A stretch of DNA of 64,000 nt from the human T2T-CHM13v2.0 reference genome, Homo sapiens. Positions 24,222-40,390 of the stretch are shown one piece after another. The translations under genes and the position numbers were made by a program. The notes below the pieces were generated by a model that saw nothing but the letters and a program-made list of their open reading frames with translations, made no database searches and was not told the DNA's origin. The stretch is taken from assembly GCF_009914755.1 (NCBI RefSeq), contig NC_060925.1, one strand, 5' to 3'. The first letter of the stretch is position 1; every line of letters starts with the position of its first letter.

Positions 24222-24278
24222 GTTGAATGATAAGTTTTATGTTATGTATATTTCACCACAGTTTTAAAAAATCCATTA

Positions 24279-24671
<393 letters not shown>

Positions 24672-24999
24672 TTAATTATATTTTAAAACTACAGTACCCA
24701 GAAATGGAAGCCTGCAGTAAGCAGACACCGCTAATGAAAGTGTAAATTGGTATCTTTTTGGAAGGCAATCTGGCAACATGTATCAAAAGCTACAATCTTT
24801 GACTCAGCAATTCTACTTCTAGAAATTTATCCTAAGGAAATATTTAAGAAATTTGCAGAAGTCTGTGTACAAGGAAATTTACTGTAACATTGCTTATATA
24901 GGGTACAAGGACATTTATTGTAACGTTATCACAGCAAGAAACTGGAAACCACCTAAATATCCCACAAAAAGAGTCTGGTTAAATATATATATCTATATA

Positions 25000-25375
<376 letters not shown>

Positions 25376-25468
25376 TTATCATCAGGCAATATGTTTTGCT
25401 GCATTAAGTGGAGAAAAGGGAGAGATTAAATATGAAATGTATAAAAAGCACAAAAAATTTACCAGCAG

Positions 25469-26244
<776 letters not shown>

Positions 26245-26472
26245 AGAAGTCATGTACTTTGAGCAATGGAAATATATTGGCTTTTAATTTTCTTCCTCTT
26301 TTATTTGTTGTGTTGTATATTTTCTTTGAGAAACGTGATACCCTTTGTAATAATAAAATGTATAAGTTATCAGTAATTAGAAGAAAATAAAATGCTTGGC
26401 AAACAGTAGGTGCTCAAAAATGTTAGTGCCCCTTCCTTTCTTTGGAAAAGTAATTGCTGGGTGCTCATTATA

Positions 26473-27223
<751 letters not shown>

Positions 27224-27397
27224 GTTCCCCTTTCTATAAGGTTTGCCTGTGGGCACCTGGTGAGAGGTAGCAGAAAAAGAAAAAAGGACTTAGCTCCTTG
27301 GACCAATTGAGTGTTTCCAAGAGACATGAACTTAACCATGAAAACCAGCATACCCACAAATTCTTTATTTTTTATTTATTTAATTATTATTATTTGA

Positions 27398-27535
<138 letters not shown>

Positions 27536-28125
27536 TAATTTTTATATTTTTTGTAGATATATTGTCCAGCTGCAAACTTGTTAAATCTGCTTTAAGGTTT
27601 TCACAAACTATAAAATGACGCCGTTGGCCTCACTCTAGGAAGTGGTCACTTTAGGTTTGTTCATACATGAAGATGCCCGAGATAGAGTGATCGAAACTGA
27701 ATAGGACAGACCCCTGTGTCTGGGAGAAAATTAACACTCTTTTCCATGTTACTTCCCATTTTCATCCTAGGAGCTGGAGCTTGCTGTGTCTCTAGGCTAC
27801 CACTGCTGTTCCTGTGAGGCCACAAAGGGAACCGATTGTGTTGACCTGGCTTGACCTGTGCTGCTATTGGTTTTAAATATTTTTTTCTTCCAATGTTTGC
27901 CCGCATACCTTCCCTTATTGCTGTTTTTTTATTTTGTACAATGCTGTTAGGAGATATTAATTTGAAGTTTATGTAAAGGTTGCAAATTGGGGGCATTGCA
28001 GATATTTATTGTTGGCTTATATGGAAAGTTTAAAACTATTTTACTTAATTGACAGCACTCAAAAACTGAGAAATTCCATGCTATATCCATACAATGGAAT
28101 ATTACTCAGCCATAAAAGGAAATGA

Positions 28126-28420
28126 AGGTCAGGTGTGGTGGCTCACGCCTGTAATCCCAGCACTTTGGGAGGCCGAGGGTGGGCAGATCATGAGGTCAGG
28201 AGATCAAGACCACCCTGGCCAACATGGTGAAACTCCGTCTCTACTAAAAAATACAAAAATTAGCTGGGCATGGTGGCACGTGCCTGTAGTCCCAGCTACT
28301 TGGGAGGCTGAGGCAGGAGAATCACTTGAACCCGGGAGGCGGGTTGCAGTGAGCTGAGATGGCACCACTGCACTCCAGCCTGGTGACAGAGTGAGACTAG
28401 GTCCCCCTCACCAAAAAAAG
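28126..28420 (+). mobile_element. AluSc-like inside an L1M 3' end
   Basis: TSD aaaaggaaatgaag. Confidence 0.88.
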
Positions 28421-28689
28421 AAAAAGGAAATGAAGTACTGATACATGTTACAACATGGCTGAACCTTGAAAACAGTATCCTAAGTGAAAGAAGTCAGTCA
28501 TGAAAAATCACATATTGTATGAATCCATTAGTGTGAAATGTCTAGAACAGGGAAATCTATAGAGACAGGAAGTAGATTAGAGGTTGCTTAGGAATGCAGG
28601 GGGAGTAGGGGCCACGGAGACAGGAGAGCAATAGCTTTAAGTGTATTTTTTTGAGGTGATGAAAATATTCTAAAAGTGACTGTGGTGAC

Positions 28690-29034
<345 letters not shown>

Positions 29035-29431
29035 TTATAGCTCAGTAAAGCTATTTTTTAAAAATTGGGTTCTGAGTACATATCCAAAATAATTGAAAGC
29101 AGGGTCTCAACGAGATGTTTGCACACTCATGTTCATAGCAGCATTATTCACAATAACCAATAGGCAGACAACTCAAGTGTCCATTGATGGATGAATGGAT
29201 AAACAAATGTGGTATATACATGCAATGTAATATCATTCAGCCTTAAAAAGGAAGGAAATTCTGACACATGTTGCAACTGGATGAACCTTGAAGACTTTAT
29301 GCTAAGTGAAACAAACCTGTCACAAAAGGACAAAATATTGTATGATTTATTTATATGAGGTATTTAGACTAGTCAAATTCATAGAAACAGAAAGAATGTT
29401 GATGGCCAGGGGCTGGGGGGAGGGAAAATAG

Positions 29432-29808
<377 letters not shown>

Positions 29809-29841
29809 GAATATTCTTAACATGACTGAAATGTAAGCTTA

Positions 29842-30110
29842 GGCCAGCTGGTGGCTCAAGCCTGTAATCCAGCACTTTGGGAGGCTGAGGCAGGTGGATC
29901 ACTTGAGTTCAGGAGTTCGAGACCAGCCTGGCCAACATGGTGAAACCCCATCTCTACTAAAAATTAAAAAAAATTAGCCGGGCGTGGTGGCATGCGCCTA
30001 TAATCCCAGCTACTAGGGAGGCTGAGGCAGGAGAATCGCTTGAACCCATGAGGTGGAGGAGCCAAGATCATATCACTGCACTCCAGCCCAGGCAACAGAA
30101 CAAGACTCTG

Positions 30111-30155
<45 letters not shown>
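29842..30155 (+). mobile_element. AluS with a long pure A tail
   Basis: Dimer; ~40-nt A run. Confidence 0.88.
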
Positions 30156-30157
<2 letters not shown>

Positions 30158-30854
30158 AAATACATTGGGAAATTTCAAATACAGTCCAATTTCTGAGTTA
30201 GCAATGTGAAGATCTGACAAGGCTGGGCTGGCATTCCCTCTTGGGAAGAATATCCTGGAATGAGTAGTGGCTGCCCCGCCAGAGAGAGCATGAGCTTTCT
30301 GCTATTCCACTTGGGGTTTTTTACTCATTTATGCTGCATGCTAACTCCTGTAAGCATTTACATTTGCAACCTTGGTTCTGGGGTAAGTATTTGCATTTGT
30401 AACCTTTGTCCTGAAATTGTCTAAACTTGGAGTCAGACAGCCTAAACATCTATCAGGTTCCTCCTTTTATTAGCTATGTGGCCTTGGTGACAACCTATGG
30501 TCACTTAACCTATGAGAGTCTGTGTCCAATCCTGTAAAATAATGTGGATAAAATGTTCTCTAACAGGCAAGATGAAAATGTGTGTGAAAATACCTTGTAA
30601 GCAATAAATTGCTGTTCATACAGAAAGCATGATAAGTAACACTTGTTCCAATCCTGTTATTTAATGTGTGCTGCATGTTTTATTGATGATAACATTATTT
30701 TTTCATTTATTTCAGCTCTTTACTATTTTAATCAGAATTCTGAGGGAACTAGTTTAAAAGTTATTTGATTTGAAAAATAAGTAATATATTTGCATAGTTC
30801 AAAAACTAAAAACGTATAGAAGGAAGGTTATTCCCTCAATCTTCCTTTATCTTG

Positions 30855-31714
30855 GAAGTTACAAATTGTAGTAGTTACATTTGTAACTTACTACATATGT
30901 AGTAGAAGTTACATATGTAACTTCTACTTCTGTAGTAGAAGTTACATATGTAACTTACTACTTCTGTAGTAGAAAGTTACATATGTAACTTACTACTTCT
31001 GTAGTAGAAAGTTACATATGTAACTTACTACTTCTGTAGTAGAAAGTTACATATGTAACTTACTACTTCTGTAGTAGAAAGTTACATATGTAACTTACTA
31101 CTTCTGTAGTAGAAAGTTACATATGTAACTTACTACTTCTGTAGTAGAAAGTTACATATGTAACTTACTACTTCTGTAGTAGAAAGTTACATATGTAACT
31201 TACTACTTCTGTAGTAGAAAGTTACATATGTAACTTACTACTTCTGTAGTAGAAAGTTACATATGTAACTTACTACTTCTGTAGTAGAAAGTTACATATG
31301 TAACTTACTACTTCTGTAGTAGAAAGTTACATATGTAACTTACTACTTCTGTAGTAGAAAGTTACATATGTAACTTACTACTTCTGTAGTAGAAAGTTAC
31401 ATATGTAACTTACTACTTCTGTAGTAGAAAGTTACATATGTAACTTACTACTTCTGTAGTAGAAAGTTACATATGTAACTTACTACTTCTGTAGTAGAAA
31501 GTTACATATGTAACTTACTACTTCTGTAGTAGAAAGTTACATATGTAACTTACTACTTCTGTAGTAGAAAGTTACATATGTAACTTACTACTTCTGTAGT
31601 AGTAAGTTACATATGTAACTTACTACTTCTGTAGTAGAAGTTACATATGTAACTACTACTATGACATGTAAGTACTACTACCTATGTAGCAGAAGTTACA
31701 AATATGTAACTACT
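30855..31714. repeat. Palindromic 35-bp minisatellite (VNTR)
   Basis: Unit GTAGTAGAAAGTTACATATGTAACTTACTACTTCT, 18 identical copies at 30966-31595, 22 GTTACATATGTAAC cores in total, degenerate ends. Confidence 0.97.
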
Positions 31715-31756
31715 GTTTTTTTTGTATCTTTCCAGAATTTTAAAGTGCATATTCTG

Positions 31757-32424
<668 letters not shown>

Positions 32425-32649
32425 GCGGGAATGATTTTTAATATAAAACTTTTTAAAACTTTACTTTTGAAAATAATTTCTGCATTACTGAAAGCAATGT
32501 TGCTGTTATTATTGTCATTATTTTAGGAGCTGAAAACCACTCATGATTATTCAGCTGGGTTACAATACTGTTACTTGCCAGGCTACGTTCTTTACCTTTT
32601 CTTTCTGCCATGCAAAATATCTAACTCACCAGCATTAACTGTGCTCATC

Positions 32650-32937
32650 TTTCATCTTTTCTCTTTCTCTTTCTTTCTTTCTTTCTTTTTCTTTCTTTCC
32701 TTCTTCCTCCTCCTCTCTTCCTTCTCCTTCTTCTCCTTCTTCTCCTCCTCCTTCTTCCTCCTTCCTCCTCTTCTTCCTCTTCTCCTTCTTCCTCCTTTTT
32801 CTCCTTCTCCTTTTTTTTGGACAGGATCTCACTATTTGCCCAGGAGACTGGAGTGCACTGGCTATCCACAGGAACAATCATAGTTCACTACAGCCTCCCA
32901 AGAAGCTGGGACTACAAGCGCATGCTGCCACGCCCAG
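32650..32937 (-). mobile_element. FAM-like monomer with an expanded polypyrimidine tail (32650-32818)
   Basis: TSD tgtgctcatcttt on both sides. Confidence 0.7.
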
Positions 32938-33041
32938 CTTCAATGTGCTCATCTTTAATATATCCTGGTTAGTACTGAATTGTATCTCATCCAGTAGAAC
33001 TTGAAGAACAAGGTTTATAGAAGAAGTACACTGAATTTACT

Positions 33042-33340
33042 GGCTGGGCGCAGTGGCTCATGCCCAGCACTTTGGGAGGTAAAGGTGGGAGGACTGCTTG
33101 AGGCCAGGAGTTCAAGACCAGCTTGGACAACATAGAGAGACCCCATCTCTAAAAAATATTTTAAAAATTAGCCTGGAGTGGTGGTACAGGCCTGTAGCCC
33201 TAGCTACTTAGGATGCTGAGGTGGGAGGATCCCTTTAGCCCAAGAGTTTCAGGTTATAGTGAGCCATGATCACACCACCATACTCCAGTCTGGGCAACAG
33301 AACAAGACCCTGTCTCTAATATAAATAAATAAATAATCAA
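33042..33340 (+). mobile_element. AluJ-like
   Basis: Diverged dimer. Confidence 0.85.
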
Positions 33341-33584
33341 TCAATGAACTGATATTTAGCTTCCTTTGCAGAAAAAAACAATAATTATGATAATTCTAAA
33401 GAATGCATGTCCGAGGGACTAAATACCAGATGGAGAACTGACTTCTAGAGTTGGATTTACCCCAGGATGCGTGATTTCTTTTTGACCTGCCTGGTTATCT
33501 ACTTCCTGGCTCTTCTCTACTGTCTCAGCCTCATCTCCATGGTTTGTCTCAGCTTGGAGGGAGAGGTTTTGGAAGCCATGTCCT

Positions 33585-33936
<352 letters not shown>

Positions 33937-33999
33937 TGACCTTTCCAATGTATTTGGTCATGGTTTACTATTTTTAATGTGCATTAGTGATTCCCATCT

Positions 34000-35225
34000 T
34001 TTAAAAAAAGATTTCTTGGGCCACATTCCTCTCCAATAGCACTCTATCTCTCTAATCTTTTTCAAAGTGAAACTTCTTGAAAGAATTGTTCACATTCACT
34101 GTTTCTATGTCTTCATCTCTTATTCTCTCTTCCAGCCACTCCAATCATGCTTATGTTTAAACAAATCCACTGAAATAATTCTAGTCCAGATCACTAAAGA
34201 TCTTTCAATCGTATCATCAATTCTTGGGCCTCATCTTACTTGTCCTCTCAGTGACATCTGAAAAATTAGTAATTGAGCCTCTCCCAAAACAGTCTTTATT
34301 TGGTTACTGAGACCACAAATTCTCCTGACTTTCCTGCTACTTGGCTGATTCTCTTTCTCTTCCTGAGCTGTAAATGTCGGGGTGCCTCCGGATTCATTTC
34401 AATATACGTGCTCTTGGTAACTCTATCAAGTCTATGGCTTATATCAATGACTCTCATATTTCTATCTCTAGCCCTGTTATCTCTCCTAAGCTTCAGATTT
34501 GAATATCTAACTGCTATTCGACATTTCCACTTGGATGTCTAGAGGCATCTCAAATTTATCATGTCCAAGACATCTTCCTTCTTTCTCTGCCCACTTTCTC
34601 ACATCTGCTCTCTTTTTTTGCATTTCAAATAATGGGCAACAGCATTAACCTATCTATTCAGGCTAAAAAGCTAAGAATCATCCCTAAATCACTTTTTCTT
34701 TCACTCCCAGCACCCAATTCATTAGCAGCAATTCCATGGGCTACGCCTTCAAAATACATATATTCTGAATCTAATTTTTACTATCTCCAACGCCAATGCC
34801 CTAGGCTAAGTCATTGTTATCTCTTACCTGGACTGCCACAAAGCCTCGTAACTTACATCCACCCTTGCTCCTTTATGGCTTATTCTGCAATGCACATGGT
34901 ATCCAGAGGGTTCACATCATTTTTTTTTTTTTCAAAGACTTCAATGGCTTTACATCATACACAGAAAATTACAAATCCTTACCATGGCATCCAAGGATCT
35001 TCATAATTTGTCTTTGTCTGCTTCTCTGACTTCATCTTCTGCCCCATCTCACTTGGTCCTAGTAACATCGGCACCTTGCTTTTCTTGAACACTTCAAGTT
35101 TGTTCCTGCCAAGGGGTTTTACACTTGCTGCTCCCTTTGACTGGAATGCTCTGACCCAGACATTTGCACAGATGGCTCTCAGTCATGAGGTCATGATTTA
35201 AGTTTCAGTTCAAATGTCACCTCCT
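34000..35225 (+). mobile_element. L2 fragment
   Basis: L2 motifs ccactccaatc...tccactgaaa and ttccacttggatgtct...catctcaaa. Confidence 0.7.
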
Positions 35226-35226
35226 A

Positions 35227-35711
<485 letters not shown>

Positions 35712-36356
35712 GTCACCTCCTCGGAAAATATTCACTGACTAACATATCTAAAGTAGCCCCACTACAGTTATTTTTTATCCCACTTGTTTTACTTTCTTCC
35801 TAACATTTTCTGAATGGATCTACCTAAATGTCCAATGTAGTTTAAAACATATTTGAATCTAATGGTTAGAATTCTGTTAGTTAATAATTTCTTTTGGAAA
35901 GAAACACTGTATCTTTCCTGTGGCTGCCCTCTCCCTCTGAGTGAGTATCTAAAATAACGTCTGCATTTATGAGGCATTATGACTTTGGGGAAGCCTGAGA
36001 CCTTGAATCTATTCGGAGTCCCTGACCTCTCAGGATGCTCTACAGCCTGTTGTTAAGAGAGTGGAATGTTTTGTAGCCTGGCCTCGCTAAGTTTGCTCAG
36101 AGCCTGAAGGCAAACCACACAGCTCTTCCTGAGGTCTGGCTGTTACTACTTTTTGTTCCTGGCCCAGTGTAATTTACAGAGCTACTTCCTCCTATACTTG
36201 CCAGCCAGCATTCTTGGCTACTTTCCGTATTCTTCTACAGGGTATGTGGGAACTTCTGGATATCTTCTCTCGCAGGAGCTAAGGACCACTCACTTGCAGA
36301 GCTCCGCCCAAAACCCTGTACCTAATTTTGTGTATGTAATTCTGTGTTCTTTTTCT

Positions 36357-36388
<32 letters not shown>

Positions 36389-37140
36389 CCCTCCCTCTCC
36401 CCCCATCATGTAAGCTTCAAGATCTGTAAAACCTGGATTCATCTCTGGCTGAGAGACACTCTGAGGAGCTAAATGCAGACCTGCTCTTTTTTCCCAACTA
36501 CATCAGGGCATGACTTTTGCTCATATGTGGCTGTCTGCTTGTTGGTATGGGCATAGTCTGCAAGTCATCTCTACTTGGAATCTTAAACAGGAGCAGAGTA
36601 AGAATCCTCTCTGCCTTGAAGAGCTGGAATGGGAAGACAGGAGCACATGTCTCTCAATGATGCCTCTCTTACTTTTCTCTTTGTTCTTCTTCTCTCTACC
36701 CTTTTATTAAAAGAGTCAGACTTTTCTTTTATTTCCCTATATGCAGCCTCATGGCTTAGCTGTCCTGGATGGAAGGATATTTGGGTGGAAGGCATTTCCT
36801 GTGGAGTATGTAAAAACTCTATGAAATTATTATGTGCTGAGCTTCATAGATTAAATGGAACTAAGAAAATTTAGCAAATTCTTTTTCTCTCCATTCTGTT
36901 CTCTCCTGATTGGGAAAATAAGTCTCAAGGCTACATTTCAAGCAAGAGTCTATGACAGAAGATGACTTAAGAAAGTTAAAAGAAATCTGTTTGATATTTG
37001 CAAGATACTAGCCCCATTATAGTCTAGTTTTTTTTTTTTTTTTTTTTTGAAACAAGTCAGAGCACTGAACTTGTAGGTGAAATATCCCATTTAAAATGTT
37101 GATATATGATTTAACTTTTTTTTTTTAAAAAAAAGATAAT

Positions 37141-37450
<310 letters not shown>

Positions 37451-39649
37451 TCATATGGTATTAGGAACCAACAGTGTTCTAGGAGATTTAGAGATGTTAA
37501 CTAATTTAATCCTCTTGGTGTCCCATTTTACAGATAAGGAAAGTGAGGCACAGGACAATTACCTTGACCAAGATCATATAGCTATACACAATACAAATCA
37601 AATGCATTTCTGTGGGACAGATTTGGTCACAAGGCCACCAATTTACAATGTCTACTTTACGATATTTCAAATAAGTCAGAAAGAACAAGGCTTTGAATTC
37701 TGACTTGGCCTCTGTGCTGAATGATCTTGGACTAGTCACTTAAGCTCTGTGAATCCTTCTATAAAATTATGATTAACTTTTCAGTGCTCACTAAATGGTT
37801 TTCTCTTGTCTTATTCCTCCATATGGATGACTGCCCTGAACATTCATGTTATGCTTGTATATTATCTGAAATGCACAAATCCCACCTATTATTCGAGACC
37901 TAACACATTGCTAATACCTCCAGAAACAGTCTGTGTAGGACAGAGCCCTGAGGATCAAGATGTCTGTTTCAGTCTTGATACTGTTACTAATCCTGTGTGT
38001 GATCTCAAGCAAATCATATCTTCTCTAAGCCTCAGAGGCTTCATCTTGAAAATGTGGAGTTAGACTAAACTAATAAGTTTAAACTGTGATCTGAGAAACT
38101 CAACATTTCTGTAATGATGGGAGGGGGCATGAAAGGAGAGAGAGTGCAAGGGTGAAGCTGGGTGAATAGACTAGTGGGTTCCCCACTTACACTCCCAACT
38201 TAGCAGCTCCACATTTTAAACCACCAGATTTTATTAGAAGGGAGTATTCCACTGCCAATAAAACAGGTGGAAACCACTACAAGTTTTATGTAGCCACATT
38301 CCCTGGAATTATCTTTTCTTGGCTCCTCTTTTCTTTCTTGTCCTGGACATGGAACTAAAGGGAACATGTTTTTAAAATTCTGGCTGAAATGAACATATTT
38401 CTTTGTCCTTCTTTCTTCTCTCCTACCGAGGAGTGAAATTAAAGACAGTGCTAAAGGCATAAGCAAGGCCAGTATGGAAACTTCCAGCAATTTCACCAAA
38501 AGTTTTCAGCAAAATATTACAGATTAGAAAACATCTGTTTCAGAATAGCTACCAAGTGCTAAATAAAACAGAAAACAGAAGTTACATCTCATTATCCTGT
38601 GACTTCAGGAGTTATCATTCCCACTTGAATATGTCTTGTCATGGGAAATGACCTTCAGGAGGCATCTTCTTTGTATTTCTTACTATATGTCTCCCCACTG
38701 TCCCTGAACTATCATTATAAACTTAATTTTTTCTGCACCCAAAGCTTGTGGGAACTAGAATGAACAGAAGAGGAATGAATGAAGCCCTCATTCTTTTCAG
38801 CGATTTTCAGCTTAGGACCCAGTTTTGGAACAAGATAGACCCAAATCTACTTCCTGGTTTCCTGCTTAGAAATAAGATGCTTATCCTTTAAGGCAGATTG
38901 TCAAGCTCCTTCAATAGAGGTGAATGAGGACACCCATCATCTGCAAATCATTACATCTTCACAAGAGAATTATGATATTCTCCAAATACCATGAAACTTC
39001 AATTTTTAATCTTCTAGGGATATCAAATTAAACCAAATTTATCTCTCGCCTGAAGACAGCCTGGAGGACTGAGACTGTAATCTTGATTCCAACTCCACAC
39101 CAGCCATTAGTTACATTGGGACAAATTCCTTCCCATGATCAGGCTGCAATTTTATCATTGGGAGCACTGGAGTAAATGGTTCCCTAAGATCCTTCTCCAT
39201 TTTGATGTTCTAAGGATAAATTACTATTGAAGAAATTATTTCCAGTTGTTGGTTCAATCTTCAAAATCACCAAAAGCTTTGATTTTAAGGTGAGGTTATA
39301 GGAGTTGGCTCTTGATATTCTATGCCTTGTGCTTCAGAACAGGCAGTCGAAAGGGAGGAAAGTTGGTTTTCCTTGAGATGACTGTCTTGTTCCCTCATTG
39401 GTTTGGGATTCTTCATGTTCAGAGGTCCACTGAGAACTTCAGCTTACCATGACTTTCCCTCTTCAATGGTACCACTGTAGTCAGGTGTAAGATGGTGATG
39501 TGGAACCCTTCACTGACATTGCACCCAATTCTCCAGATTGTCTTTCCAGTAATTTCTTTCATTTCTCCTTCATCCCTGCGTCATGGTCCCTTTAAGGGAG
39601 CGGCCATAGTTGAGTGGTGGGAGCAGCTGCTGGCAGCAAAGAGACTTGC

Positions 39650-40390
39650 AGGATTTGGCCTACCCATGGCCACTTACCGCGCACGCTCAGGACCGGGGGC
39701 TTGGTGGGAAAGGAAGGAGGGACTTAGGGTGCGCCTGCGCATCAGGGGCGCGCGCAAGGGGCTGATTTGGTGATCCCTTTAAGAAACCGCAGGCGGAGGA
39801 ATTTCTCTGAGAGAAAATAATCCTACTCACGGGGCCCCTTGGAGGCCATTAACCCCCCGAGTCCCGGCCCCCACCCCGTCCCCGGGCAGGCCCTCCCGCC
39901 CACGCGCGGACCCGTGGGATCTCAGAAGCTGCGGCCCGGCGCGCGGCATCCGCCCCCTCCCCACTCTCGGCGCAAGGCCCGGCCGGGTCCGGGGAAGCTG
40001 CCGCGAGGCGGCCGTGCCTGCAGTGTGGGCGGGGGCCGGGGGGCCGAGAGGTACCGCCGCCACCGCGCGGGGAGCCGCAGCGGTTCCGAGCGGGGCCCAA
40101 CATGGCGGAGAGAGAGGTGGAGTCCGGCCCCCGAAAGAGGGTAGGTGAGGTGAGGCAGAACTCGGGCGGCGGGGGGCGGGGCGCGGCCCGGGGCCGGGAA
40201 TGGGCCATACTCAGGTTCGTGGAGGGGTCGCCGAGGCCCAGTTAGGACAAGGTTGCGGGCAGGTCTGAGGCAGCCTTGGGTCCGGAGCGCGCTGGCGAGC
40301 GGTCCCTCGGCAGGTGGGACAAAGATTTGGTGCTGGGTGGGGGGGAGGGGAGGGGGCCGTTGTTTGCCTTCCTCCCCCCGACGTTCCCCA
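39650..40390. promoter_or_regulatory. ZMYM4: CpG-island promoter and 5' UTR of ZMYM4
   Basis: Very GC- and CpG-rich, repeat-free stretch. NRF1-like TGCGCCTGCGCA at 39730-39741, GC boxes, and YY1-like CAACATGGCGG over the start codon. Confidence 0.9.
40102..40140 (+). CDS. ZMYM4: ZMYM4 first coding exon (MAEREVESGPRKR), phase-0 donor
   Basis: ATG at 40102 in a good Kozak context (caacATGG) inside a CpG island. The 13 codons match my recollection of the human ZMYM4 N-terminus. Followed by donor AGG|gtaggt at 40141. No further coding exon recognised in the window. Confidence 0.93.

Noticed and set aside
30855-31714. CRISPR-like array (35-bp palindromic repeats)
   Set aside because: Units are head-to-tail with no unique spacers, there are no cas genes, and the context is mammalian; it is a minisatellite.
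32575-32883. Poly-Glu/Arg/Lys or Ser/Phe ORFs
   Set aside because: Translation of a CT-rich low-complexity tract.
39827-40208. GC-rich ORFs across the CpG island (39839-40144 +, 39849-40208 -, 39827-40063 -)
   Set aside because: Stop-poor GC-rich DNA; the + ORF starts at TTG and is out of frame with the ZMYM4 ATG; no recognisable protein.
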